Source: Octopus sinensis
Taxonomy: Eukaryota
Direction: 5' to 3'
DNA: 64,000 nucleotides
Assembly (NCBI RefSeq): GCF_006345805.1
Contig: NC_042997.1
Span: 96,286,001 to 96,350,000 of the forward strand
A model generated the notes under the pieces. It was not told the origin of the DNA, ran no database searches, and was given only the letters and a program-made list of their open reading frames with translations. This document shows, in pieces, positions 37,871 to 50,374 of this stretch. The position numbers and the translations under genes were made by a program. The stretch's first letter is position 1, and each line of letters begins with the position of its first letter.

Positions 37871-38399
37871 CAAACGAGAAGGTGTATTTCCTCGCAGGAA
37901 AAATATAGGCAAATTTGTTGTTGAAAATGCACCTACATTTGAGGAACTTGTAAGTGTTTAAAATATATTTATTTATATGTACACCAAATAGTTTCAGTTA
38001 TATTTTTTTGTTTATCAATGGTAAAAATTTAGAATTATGTAGTAGAAAAACATCTTTAAATGTTTCAATGTTGACAAATTTAAATGTTCATAACAGACAA
38101 ATTTAGAATTAGGAATTAGAAAAACATGCTCATAAATTTCGATGTTGACAAGTTTAAATGTTCATAATAGTCAATAATATTAAAACTGTGCATCACATTG
38201 TTTCAATATACAAAGCTCAGCAGTGTTAGTAGTGATCGACAAGTGATCGATGAGTATCATCAAAGTTTCAGTCATACTGTGTTAAGAGGGGAAAGAACAC
38301 GAGAGAAATGGAGAAAGCAAAATCAGGGATTTGCTTTAAAATTTCTCTGATTTTCTGTCTTAGCAAATTCCGCTTGTAAGGGTGTATTTTGGATCCGAG

Positions 38400-39520
38400 C
38401 GGATCTGATTTTTGATTCGTTAAAGTACTGGTAACGTTTTGTTTTCTGCTGGTCAAGTTTGTCGTTCCGTCTGGTTGATTTCCCTGAGGGGAACGGTCAT
38501 CAGTCGTGCCGGTTAGCTGATTCTCTTAAAGGGACATTTTGTTGTATTTGCTGAAATTCGGTTTTGATTGGTCTAGAGTTAGGTGACGACGGCAACTGGG
38601 GTTTGTATGGTGTTATATTACGGTGATTTGAAGTTGCGGTTTAGAATAGGGAAGATTTGGGATTTCGGATTTATGCTTACAGGTGTTTGCTTACGGAAAT
38701 TTTCCTAGTGGTGGGGTCTCGGATTTGTTGCCTGTGCACCGTTAGTCTGTCCCGCAAAGTTAAAAAAGTTTGACCTATGTAGTCTCCCCAACAACCTCCG
38801 TGTTTAAGAACACAGATAAAGTTCTTCGAAGCAGAGGTGAAGTGATTTTCATGGTAAAAGTATGACCTGACTTAAATTTGTATGTTGAGCCCCCCAAAAG
38901 GAAGATACAAATCAAGCAATTAGAGTGGTTGCACTTTTTGATTAGTGGGGTTGTACTTTTAGTGGGTAATTTGGCGCTGGTGAATGACTTTTAAAGGATT
39001 GCGGTTGTGTCTTGCTTTTAATAATCCTACATGTTGCCAGTGCCTTTTCAATTCGCAGTTCCTTCATAAGGAGGGTGTGTTTTGGTGGACAATGTTGCAT
39101 GCTTCCATGTTTCTCGGGTTGTGTGTTGATAAGTAAGATAATATTTTAAGTGCATCATGGTATTTTCTTGTTTTCCGTAACTCGTGGATGTCTATCATTT
39201 TTGCACGTGCTAATCCGTTTTTGATTAGGAGAGAACCAGGCCACATGACTTCGACATTATGGGATCACTTCTATGGTGGGTACTTCTTTGGTTTGTATGA
39301 AAGTAGTCTAAACTCCTTAGAAAATACAGTGTCATACAGTCATTGATTTTTAACTAGGAAACTAGTTCGTTGGGAAATCTCTCTTCGAGCAGTATCCAAA
39401 CAAATCAAAGAGATAGTTTTTATCTCCACTTTAACGTGGTTGTTCTCTAATAGACGACGATACTTCTATTTTAATATCCAGGAAGGTATCTCCTCCAACT
39501 GGATTATTCAGTGCGCGCTT
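38400..39520 (-). mobile_element. Penelope-like element fragment: RT thumb, GIY-YIG endonuclease and 3' region
   Basis: Broken-frame motifs TFLDIKI, LSYLSTHNPRN, KKCNHSNCLIC and KNFICVLKHGGCWGDYIGQTFLTLRDRLTVHRQQIRDP. Confidence 0.8.
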
Positions 39521-39572
39521 TCGCACCCGATTTATATATATGTATGTGTGTGCACTCGCGCGTATGTGCGTG

Positions 39573-39618
<46 letters not shown>

Positions 39619-39714
39619 TAAAGGGTATTTGCAACATATGGCTATATCCTGGCTGGGACGATGTCACTGTTGTCTAGCGCCCAGAAACACTGTTTCTAGC
39701 TGGCTATACGATTC

Positions 39715-40200
39715 TGTTCAATGCCCTTTTCTTGTACTTGTCTGACAGTAAAGATACAATCAGATGTGCCTCTGGAGGAACGAAAACAACACTGAGACTT
39801 ATGTTTGGAACTATAAATGTATTTAAACATCCTGTCAAACTGCGGATAAGTACCTTTCCAGCCACAGACAAAAGTGAAATCCCACGAAAATTACCACACA
39901 GATCCTTTGGCCCTGATTTATAGAAGGAGACTAAAATGGCATCAATCTAGTCTTGAGGCATTTTCTCAGTTCTCCAACAGTGACAATATTGTTAAGAGTT
40001 CAAACATTTTGTCACCACTATATTTCAAGACTTCTGCACAGATTCCATCAAACCCTGAAGACTTATTGTTAATCGACATATTCACAGCTAAATGTAATTT
40101 AGAGTTGTTTCAAATGCCATCTATTTTATAAATGGAATGTGTTCAATTTTGACTATTCGTTCAATTTCTGACTATGCGTTCCATGACTTTACTGTTGTGT
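39715..40200 (-). mobile_element. RTE-clade LINE RT fragment
   Basis: Motifs NKSSGFDGICAEVLK, GNFRGISLLSVAGKVL and SQCCFRSSRGTSDCIFTVRQVQEK. Confidence 0.75.
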
Positions 40201-40259
40201 GAAGTTGAAGATAGGCCTATAATTTTTGGTGTCTGCTCTGCTTCCCCTTTTATGTATTG

Positions 40260-41240
40260 GGCATACTATTCCCTCCTTTCACTTGTTTAGCAGCATCCCA
40301 TTTGCAAGAAAGCTCTAGAAGAGAATCTGTAGTGGTTTCGCAAGGTACGTTTGCACGATTTGAAGAGGATTACTGGGAAACCATCAGGGCCAGCAGTTGA
40401 GTTAACGTCCACCTCATCTATAGCTAGTATTATATCTTCTTCACAAATGTCGTTGTAACCCATCATAACTACCTCACTGGCAAATAAGGCGGCAAATAAT
40501 TTCACTGCTTTGTTCACTTGTCTGTGTTCCAAGGGGATCGTAAGGATACTTTTGAACTGTTTATTCAGTACCTCATTAATCCCGGTTGGGTTGTCCGTCA
40601 GGGAGCCATTCTTCTGGGAAGAAGCGTGCTATTTTGCAGCGTACTGTGGCTGTTTCTTTGGCATAATGAAAGAAGGCCTTTGGGTTTTACTTCATGTTTT
40701 TTTTATAACCCATGCTTCTTTGTCGGCTCTTTCCTTCACATAGGATTGTTGCAGGTTGTTTTCAATCACCATCAGTGTTATTTTTAAGCGGACATTTCAC
40801 TACTTTTGGGATGTTGGTTGATGCGATTTGCAAACTTCGTCGTTGTCTCATAAGGATCTTCCTCTCCCTTGAAATCTTGTCCATGTTTATGTTGGCCTAA
40901 AGCTCTGGATCATATTTTTGGCATATGGTATGCATTAGCCCCTTGTGGGTAGTAAAGAAATAGGTATGCATAACAGACATGAAATATTCTAGTTTCGTGC
41001 CAATGTCTGGTGCGGAGAGACATTGAGGATCTCTGGAGGATCTCTTTTTGAATCGATTTCCGGCCTGCGTTGTGAAAGTGCAGATTGGAGAGATTTTGAG
41101 TGCTTCTTTTAGGCTGTATGTCTCTGGCTACTTTTGGTCCATACACAGACAGCTCTATTATGTTGTGGTCCGAAAGTAATGTCGGATTCACTTTGACATT
41201 ATGAACGGTGTCTATATCGCTTTTGAAGCAGAGATGTAAT
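40260..41240 (-). mobile_element. APE-RT LINE fragment (CR1/Jockey superfamily)
   Basis: Motifs PTLLSDHNIIEL (APE C-terminus), IKTNPKAFFHYAK and EVDVNSTAGPDGFPVILFKSCK. Confidence 0.7.
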
Positions 41241-41395
41241 ATGTTATTCGGTGTGGTTGGTCGGAGCACACACACACACACACACACGCACACACACACA
41301 CACAAACACACATATGCTGGCACTAACGCACACATTGTCACATATCCAAGTGCACGTATGTGTTTGCTTGCTTGTACATAGTCATATATATCTAA

Positions 41396-41788
41396 CTAGT
41401 AGTATCGCCCGGCGTTGCTCGGGTTTGTAAGGGAAATAACTATATAAGCATTTTTAGAGATGTAAAGTATAATAGCCATCTCAATATGGTTAACCACAAA
41501 GGGGGGGTGTTACTGTAGCTTTTTACGTTCTGAGATTTAATAATAAATTTTTAGAGAGTTACTTCCTTTATATATGCCAAAAATGCATTAAAAATGGGAA
41601 AAATTGATGGTATTTTTTTTTAATCGTAGACTCATCGTAGACGCGCGCTAATACCCAGAAGGGCTCGATATGAATCACGACTATAAGATACCCGGTTTTG
41701 GTTAAACTGCATCGCAAAAGGTGGGAGTAGTTAGGAATCTAAATCGTAGGAGACAGACAGCACACAACCTCACTTTTATATATAAAGA
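41396..41788 (-). mobile_element. Non-autonomous Helitron, 393 bp
   Basis: On the minus strand: A|TC 5' end, 3' hairpin CCCGAGCAACGCCGGG (41408-41423) followed by CTAG|T. No target-site duplication. Confidence 0.85.
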
Positions 41789-42529
41789 TTATTGTGATTC
41801 AAAAGCCGACATTAAATCATTTAAATCGTATACATAAATGTGGCATTCATTCTTTGAATGTTACATACAACTATAATCTCTTGTATTTATTCTAGTTTAT
41901 GGCTATAGTTTCTTGTTTAGCATATTGGCTCTATGCTTCGATGTTTTTCTAGTCTGATAATATGCGATAGAGAGTAAATCTTTATACAGATTTCTGAATT
42001 TGTGCCACATACATAACATGAGCATATATGTCCAGAATGTTTATGGTATATAAAGAAAATAATGACATAAAGTTCATTTAATAACAAGAACTGGAAAAAG
42101 TAAAGCTGTGCGATGCAAATAGGTTTCAATATAATTTTCCTTTTTAGATTTCATAAGGTCTTTTATCTTTTTTTCTTAGTTGTTTCACTCATTAGGTTGT
42201 AGCCATAATGGAGCACCGCATTGAAGTATTTTAGTCGAAGTGTGCCATATTAATATCATAAAACTTATAATCGACATCCGTATCAATCGATGCAAATTCA
42301 TTTCTTCTAAGAAATGTGAGTGAGTGAGTGACAGAGAGTGTGTGTGAGTGAGTGAGTGAGAGAGAGAGAGAGAGAGAGAGAGTGTGTGTGTGTGTGTGTG
42401 TGTGTGACTGTATTAGATTTGAGCCTTTCCCTTTCAAGCCTCGCTAATAGGCGTAGGCATAGGTATGTAGATTAGATTTGCTACACGGAAAGTGAAAGAA
42501 ATGCATTGTATATGTGTAATTATTATTAT

Positions 42530-44425
42530 TATTATCATCATCTTTTAACGTCCGTTCTCCGCTCTGGTGTGGATTGGACGTTTGCTAGGAGCTGGCCAGC
42601 TGCAGAGCTTCCCGGACTCCATTTGTCTGATTTGGCCTGGTTTCTATGGCCGGATGCCCTTCCTAACACTAACCACATTACAGAGCGTACAGGGTGATTG
42701 TATGTGGCACCGGCTTGGATGCTTTTATATGGCGCCTGTATATGTGTTTTTACGTGGCACTGGAACATATGTATTTACGTGGCAATGGCACGGGCGCCTT
42801 TAAGTGGCAGTTGTACGGGCGCTTTTATGTGGCACCAGAACGAGTACATTTACGTGGTACCTGTACCAACAAAACCGCAAAAGTAGGATCTCTCGCCTGA
42901 GAGAGTGATGTAGAAGATTTAGCTTGACGTGTCTTCTCAAGCACAGCAAACTGCCAGAAGTCTCGACATCTTTTCAACTACATTGTGAGGCCCAACATCC
43001 GAAGATCCTTTCTCATGATTTTATCCCACGTCTTCTTAATTTAATTCGATTTAATTTAATTTAAATTTTTGGCTCAAAAAGCAAAAGCAAGGCCATGTAG
43101 GGGGACATGGAGTTATGTACAGGGAGGGTGTTCATACAAAGAGTTCAGGCCATTTCTGGTCAAGAGAGAATTTGAACCGAGCGGTAGTCAGCATCTTCAC
43201 TATCTCGTCCGGCAGCGTATTCCACGGATCTGCAACCCGGGCGGAGAAACCCCCTCTCCTTCGATTGAGATGAAATCGTCGTAGATAGAGCTTTTCGGAG
43301 TTACCCCGCAGCCCACGCTCTACCCCTACCACACGTTTCTTCCATAATTAGAGATCAGCACTTCTTGAGGCAGTGTCACATGACCATACAAGCGCATTCT
43401 TCTTTCTTGCACGCTACATCTGATGCCTTGTATATAAAATTTTTCATTCAAATTACACTTTGTCGTACTCGCACATTGACATTAGCCATCCTGCAGAACA
43501 TGATGGCTTCACTTCTTTCAAGCTACCGTGTGTCCCCAGTATACACAGCCCATATGTTACTGACATGTAGCATAGTTGTTCGTACATAGACATCATAAAA
43601 TCTGCCATTCACTCTGTGGAAGAAGCATTTTGCTCAGGATAAAAATGTCAGCTTTCTGAACTTTGCGTAGTTTGTTCTTATTCTAACAGTTACGCTTTAG
43701 AACTTACTTCTTCAATATTAACTAGGTCGCCTACTTAAGGGAAACTACCTACAACTTCTTATTTGAGGGAGTCAATTTTATGTACATTCCTCGTCTTTAA
43801 TGTACCCGAGTATCTGCCACATGCAAAGAATACATTCTCTGTTAACCTTCCTCTGATACCACTGTACCTCTTATATGTCCATAGCTTGCACTGTGTACTC
43901 TGTATGGAGTTACTACCAACACCTTTTCTTCATATCGGGCAGGGGCACCCTACTGAAGGGATCACTGATTTTTCTTTGTTCCTACTTACTAAGACTTTGG
44001 TTTTTGCTAAATTAACTCTAAGACATTTTGAATCCAGACCTTACTACTACCCCTGAAATTTCTTTTCTAGTTTCGGTAGCGATTGAGCAATGAGAACAAG
44101 GTCATCAGCGTAGAGGATCTCTTAAAGGCATCCTGTTTTAAACTCCTCTGTTATGACCTGGTGAACTTCTACCTGTACATAAAATTCCTTGCTATTCACA
44201 ATGCTATATTTCACCTTACAGACAGCATCCCTGCATATGGCTTGCACAGCTTTCACCCAGCACTCATCTATCCCTAGCTTCCTCATTACCCACGAGATAA
44301 GGGAGCGGAGGACACTGTCAAAAACTTTCTCCGTCAAAAATGTTCACTGTCAACAACTTTCTCAATATATGTCAAATAAAGAGGTTTATTTTTGGTCAAG
44401 TACTTCACCAGGGAGATAGCATCAG
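42530..44425 (-). mobile_element. 5'-truncated RTE-clade LINE with 3' UTR and short (ATG/ATA)n tail, interrupted by a CR1 fragment
   Basis: Motifs EKVFDSVLRSLISWVMRKLG, ELLYADDLVL, GRFYDVYVRTTML and CRSLIMEETCGRGR|KTWDKIMRKDL. Confidence 0.8.
43036..43318 (-). mobile_element. CR1-like LINE 3' end nested in the RTE
   Basis: LRGNSEKLYLRRFHLNRRRGGFSARVADPWNTLPDEIV...FKFSLDQKW followed by a (TTAAA)n-like tail. Confidence 0.75.
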
Positions 44426-44639
44426 TAGCGTGTGAGTGTGTGGTGTCATTGGAAAACGTAAACAATGTAAAGCGCTAACATCTAATAGACTGGCCGAACA
44501 CGTGATCATCACGTATGCTATCTGGGCTGTTTGTGAGTGAGTGAATGTGTGTGTGTGTGTGTGGGCGCTCGCGTGAGCATGTGTGCGTGTGTGTGTGTGC
44601 GTGTGTATGTGTGTGCGTATGTGTGTATCTCTGTATTTG

Positions 44640-44822
44640 TGTTTGCTCACCACCAGTGCTTGATAACTGGTGTTGGAGTGTTTACGTCCCTGTAAAATAT
44701 CGTTTCAGCAATAGAGACTAACTACCCAGATTAACAAAAATACTGGGGTCGATTCGTTCGACTAAAATCCTTCAAGGCAGTCCTTCAGCATGACCGTGGC
44801 CTAATGACAGAAACAAGAGAAA
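44640..44822 (+). mobile_element. SINE family A-like, 3' half
   Basis: GCTTGATAACTGGTGTTGG...CTGGGGTCGATTCGTTCGACTAAAA...CAGCATGACCG. Confidence 0.65.
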
Positions 44823-44847
44823 CAGCTAATATTTTATTATTATTATT

Positions 44848-44907
<60 letters not shown>

Positions 44908-44926
44908 ATTATTATTATTATTATTA

Positions 44927-45015
44927 ATGAGTGAGAGAGCGGTGCAATCCATCAAATTGACACTGGGGTAAAATATACGAAGACCAGTATACCCATCATG
45001 ACTACTCGTCTGATT
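44927..45015 (-). mobile_element. Retroposon X, short 3' fragment
   Basis: Reverse complement matches 2205-2288. Tail is (AAT/AAC)n at 44830-44926. Confidence 0.7.
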
Positions 45016-45029
45016 ATTAATGTTACTTA

Positions 45030-45173
45030 AGTTCTGCCTTCTAATTCCGCCGAGATTGACTTTCCTTTTTATCGTTTTGGGGTCGATAAAATAAGTACCA
45101 GTTAAATACTGGGGTCGATATAATCGACTATGTCCCTCCCCCAAATTTCATACCTTGTACCTATAGTAGAAAG

Positions 45174-45175
<2 letters not shown>
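45030..45175 (+). mobile_element. SINE family B, partial, with (ATT)n tail
   Basis: AATTCCGCCGAGATTGACTTT...GGGGTCGATAAAATAAGTACCAG. Confidence 0.75.
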
Positions 45176-45239
<64 letters not shown>

Positions 45240-45255
45240 CATTATTATTATTATT

Positions 45256-45477
45256 CTTCAGTAGTTTTATTTTTATAGTGTGCTTTCACTTCACTACCGA
45301 GCGCAGCTCTGTGTGCCTTGGGTATGTGTTGTGATTTGTTGTGATGCTCTGATGGTTATTGTATGGAAAGTGTTCTGCGTAGGATGTGTGCAGTACCTAG
45401 TAGTGCAATTTTCTGTATCTTATATGTGTTTGTAAGTCCTGGTGTTTTTGTTATGTATTTGTCTGAATATTTTTTTA

Positions 45478-45481
<4 letters not shown>
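45256..45481 (-). mobile_element. Dong-like family B, ~225-bp 5'-truncated copy inside (TAA)n
   Basis: Near-identical to 55078-55299. (TAA)n on both sides. Confidence 0.92.
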
Positions 45482-45519
<38 letters not shown>

Positions 45520-45522
<3 letters not shown>

Positions 45523-48500
45523 GTTTGACTTTTGCTTTATATTTGTACAAGTTGGCTCCAAGTCTCAACCAGAGACCTCAAGAGACAACAGGTTGGAAGT
45601 TCATGTTGTTGTTATGCCTAGTGTGCCATATATTTGGGGGGGGGGTGTACTAGTGAATTTCCAAAATAAAAAAACGAAAATTTTGTTTGTTTTAAACCCT
45701 GAGATTACATAGAGAGTATTTTGCGTAGGATATGAGCAGGTCCCATGAGCACTATCTTTTGAATTTCTGCCATTTTTGAGTTTCCTGGTATCTCAGTAAG
45801 GTAGCAATCAGCCCCTTTTGCTATCATTCCCAGGGCACCTATGACAACAGATATTGTTTTAGTTTTAAGGTTCCACATTTTGCTGATTTCTATTTCAAGA
45901 TCTTTATATTTGCTCAGTTTTTAGTAGGTCTTGACAGATACGTTTATATCGATTGGGACAGTCATAACAATGAGGAGGCATGTTCTTTGTCTGAAGTCTT
46001 TCAATATGATGTCTAGTCTATTTGCATCTATCTTTCTGTCAGTTTGAATGGTAAAGTTCCAGAGGAGTGAGATGTGGTCATTTTCAAGCACTGGAGGTGG
46101 TTTGTGTTCCCACCAGTTTTTTTCATGGGGCAAATCCAAGTTTTTGCAAATTACCCAGTGAATATATTGTGCAGCTCTATCATGCATATTGAGATACTCT
46201 GTAGGCGCTAGAAGACTGCACTTGGAGACAACATGATCAATGGTTTCATTTTGTTGTTGACATACACGACATGTTGGGCTACTGCCGTTCTTTAATATGT
46301 TGGCCTGGTAGTTTCTTGTTGGTAAGCATTGATCTTGAGCTGCTATGATAAACCCTTCTGTTTCAGATTTTAACCCGGAGGCCATTAGCCACTGATGGGT
46401 CAGGGCTTTGTCAACATCTGCATTATTCGATCTCTTTGGGTATTTGCCATAGAGAGGTTTTTCTTACCATTTATTATTCAGAATATCTAAGGCCGCAGTT
46501 TTGGCACGGGTTTTCATGCGCTTAGCTTTTTCTGTGCTTGTTTCTTGTATGTCTAATTCCGAAATTTGTTGTATTCGGAATTCACTTTGATATTCCTTTG
46601 CCTGTTTTGTTACTGAGTATGATGCTTTCTTGTTTTCATGCTTTGAGACTAGTTTTAACATTCAGTCCTCAGATTTTTTCAGGTAGGTGTCTAGGCCAAT
46701 TGTAGCAATCTTCATTTTTATTGCTAGTTGTAAAAGTCCACGGCCTCCCTCTTTTCTTGGCAGATACAGTCGTTCTGTATCTGCCTTAGGGTGGTGCATT
46801 CTATGCATTGTCAAAAGTTTTCGTATTTTTCTGTCAAGATTATATATTTCAGTAATTGACCAGTTAACGATATTGAAACTGCAAGTCACGACTGGTATGG
46901 CTAAAGCATTGATCGCTTCGATCCTGTTTCTCGCATTCAGCTCTGTCTTGAGTATTGATCTCACTCTGCGATAACATTCTCTCCTGATCCTTTCCTTCAT
47001 CACTGAATGCCTTATTCCGTTCCCTTCAATTACATCTAGGTACCTGTAGCTCTCCGTTTGGTCTAATTCTTTTATGACATTCTGCTGGTCAATGTTAACG
47101 TGAGATGCTTCTGTCATTTTTCCTTTGATAAAGGTAGTTTTTGCTCATTTATCGAGGCGGAATTGCATTCTGATGTCGTCACTGAAATGTTTGACTATCG
47201 CTAGTAAGCCCATGAGTTGTTGGTCATTTTTTGCAAAAAGCTGTGAATGAGATGATTTATATTTTTATCAAACATTTTATAACCGTACTGCGCGTCATTG
47301 AGCAATTTTGAGAGAGGTATTAAGGCTAAACAAAAGAGGAGTAGTGATAGTGAGTCACGCTGTAAAATGCCACATGAAATTTTTACATCACCAGCATTTA
47401 GAGATTCATTGTCACTGTTCAAAGTTAGTGTGGTTCTCCATGATCTCATACTTACATACAAAACGTTTCGCAGAGTAGGTGCTATTTTATACATTTCCAG
47501 GCATTTCTTAAATGCAGCTATGTGGTAGGCTATCAAAAGCCTTTTTATAGTCTATCCAGGCTATTGATAAGTTTTTGTGTCGTTTGTGACAATCTTCTAA
47601 GATCACCTTATTGATGAGTAGTTGATTTTTACAACCGTAGGATCCACGTTTACATCCTTTCTGTTCATTAGGGAATATGCTGCCGTCTGTTAAAAAACTA
47701 TAGGTATATTCTGTCAGGACAGATGTTAGCGTTTTATACATAGTTGTTAAGCAGGTTATGGGTCTATAGTTTTTTGGTTCATTTGTTTCTTCACTTTTTG
47801 GAAGCAGGAATGTTAACCCATTAACTGGCCAAGGAGGCATCCTACTAGGGTGTTGCAAAACATCATTGTAAAGTTCTGTTAGCAGTTCATGGCTCTCTGG
47901 GAAGGCATTCAACCAGAAGTTAGGAATTTTTTCCTTTCCTGGAGACTTCCATTTGCTTGAACTCCTGACAGCAGATCTTCTATCTTCTGCCTTGACACCC
48001 TCCCACTTTTGCTCTTCTAAGGAGTCCAGTTCTGTAGATATTCTGTCAATCCAGGGGCCTTTTCGTTGTGTGTTTTTCTCCTGCCCAAATTTTATTCCAA
48101 AATCCCTGCACTTCTTCTTTTGATGGTACAGACCTTGCAGTAAACGCTGTTTTTCCTATCTTCCTGTAAAAATTTTTGGGGTTATTTTTTAACATGTTGT
48201 TGTCCTTGAAGAATCTAACACGCTTTTCATACCTCGCTATGCGGGCAGCTTTAGCAGATACCTTTTGCTTGATGGTTTCTATGGTGGCATCAATATCAAG
48301 TATAGTTTTCATATATTTTTTCGTTAATTTTTGTGTTTTTGTAGGTTTGGTAGTCTTGTCAACCTTAAGGTTTTTCAGATATTCAATGTCAGACCTAAAT
48401 AGTTTAATTTGTTGTTGGATACGCTCTTGCCAAGAATGTAAACATTCCCATTTGTGGGAATGTTGCCGTTTTCTAATCTTTTCACAACATAGGATCGTTG

Positions 48501-49410
48501 AGATTTTCGCAGATGCATAGTAAGGTGGTTGAGATCTGTGATATCAACATCATTAGCTGAAATTATATCCTTAAGTGCAAGCCGGATTTTACCAATTATT
48601 TCCATGTTTTGGTTAGAGTTGCGGATTTTAGGGAGTGTATCGCGTTCATCCATACTGATTTCTTTAATTTTCAACCATTCAATCATGATATGATTTTTTA
48701 GCTCATGTAGTTCTGTTGGGTCAATATCTGTGTGACTTTCTTCATCTATTTGATGTTCATCTGTCTTAGTGTTTGTGATTGTTTCAGGGAGTATTTCACT
48801 TTGCCTATCACCTATACTAACTCTTTCAATCCTTACTTCGTTTTTATCAGCCCTGGGCTGGTCTATAATTATTTCCTCTGTATTATCTTCTTTAGCTGCA
48901 GCTTCGTTCATTTTATCCGTTACTACTAGTTTAAGTATGTTTGTACAGTGTTAGATTTATCTGTGGGGAAATATATGGCATGGTAGAAGGCCGCAAGAAC
49001 TTCTTTATTATCTCCCCTAGACCATTTTTCCTTCTTTTTCTTTGATTATTTGTGACGGGCATGGATGGCCATCCGTTAGAATATTCCGGTTGTGGGATAC
49101 GTCCAGCTCCTGTGTGTCGGGAGGATTTGATACAGTAGCTAATTTTTCAATCAGAATTTGGTTCAATTTTCGGGTACGTGGTCTTTTGTAATCCGCTCGA
49201 TGACCATTGCGGTTTGTAATTTGTTTTATTGACATTGAAGCATGACTAGCTTCGACTCTTACATTAGGAGACAGATCTGCATGTAAACATTGTTCGTAGC
49301 GCCGCTTCTTAAGGCTAGCAGATCCATATTCGTCTGTATTTTCTTGTTGATAGATTTATCTCTGCCTGTGTTAGTTCGAAAAAATGATAAAGTACGGAAA
49401 AAAAGGATCT
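45520..49410 (-). mobile_element. Near full-length (~3.9 kb) R4/Dong-like element, family A, degenerate
   Basis: N-terminal GDNKEVLAAFY block, RIARYEKRVRFF, NYRPITCL, WIDYKKAFDS, CRVCQQQNETIDHVVSKC and RLDIILKD. Stop at 45705-45707, then a 3' UTR and (TAA)n tail. Confidence 0.9.
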
Positions 49411-49416
49411 GTCAGT

Positions 49417-49431
49417 TATTATTGTTCTTCT

Positions 49432-49514
<83 letters not shown>

Positions 49515-49640
49515 TATTATTATTATCCCCATCACCATCATCATCATCATCATCATCAATGATATTGTTTTATGTGTAGTCACAGCAGTAGCTTATTATT
49601 ATTATTTTTATTTTTATCATTATAACCATCACCACCACTA
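49417..49640. repeat. Compound (TTC)n/(TTA)n/(CAT)n microsatellite
   Basis: Directly visible. Confidence 0.9.
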
Positions 49641-49869
49641 CTACCATTGTTTGAGGGAATAGTTGGTTAGCATTTGGTAAAGAGGTCATGTTCTATAGCT
49701 CTATAAATAGATTCAGCAGATGGTGGATAGGTCAGCCAAAGAGACCAAGGACATTTTAGGTCAGGAGAGGTCAAACCTGTTTACTAGTATCAGCGCTGCC
49801 TTGAAAAGCAATTCACCTTGTTATATTTGTAATTAATGATAGGAAGAGAAAAAACTATATATATATTTA

Positions 49870-50095
49870 TTTTCAAAATGTGACCTCGTGTGTACCGTTG
49901 GCGATTTTTTTTCCTCTGTCTTCCCTTCTCTGGACCTTTCCTTCTCCTATGTTTCCGACGAAGAGCTCCGCTCGAAACGTTAAACCCGCCTTCGTTCCTT
50001 CTTTCCTGAGCGTCCAATAATACTATATTTGTTCCACGTCCTCGCGTTGTTGTGTTTTTTGTGTTTTCTTGTTTGGATTAACTTTATATAAATAT
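49870..50095 (+). mobile_element. PLE-type 3' tail (family 1) with HHR
   Basis: HHR motif, downstream TTCCTGAGCG...AATAC block shared with family 2, and a TA-rich end. Confidence 0.65.
49951..49985 (+). ncRNA. Minimal type-I hammerhead ribozyme motif (U4C in this copy)
   Basis: guuu-CCGACGA-A-gagc(ucc)gcuc-GAA-ACGU-U-aaac. Stem I guuu/aaac. Confidence 0.7.
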
Positions 50096-50104
50096 ATCGC
50101 CATG

Positions 50105-50305
50105 TTGATTCGTTAGCTACTGCACGCATTTTTTTTCTCTCCTTCTTTCTGTGTTTTTCTCTCTCTGTGTATCTTTCTGTTGAAGAGCGTAGGCTCGAAA
50201 CGTTAAGACTTGTTTTATTTATATTTCCTGAGCGCCATACTAATACAATTGTTCGTTTGTCTTCCACCTGCCTTCGTCTTTTGTTTATTTTCATAAAGCT
50301 TCCCG
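50105..50305 (+). mobile_element. PLE-type 3' tail (family 2) ending in (TA)n
   Basis: Homologous to 27015-27190 (-). Confidence 0.75.
50173..50208 (+). ncRNA. Minimal hammerhead ribozyme motif, CUGUUGA variant core
   Basis: cuuu-CUGUUGA-A-gagc(guag)gcuc-GAA-ACGU-U-aaga. Confidence 0.65.
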
Positions 50306-50374
<69 letters not shown>

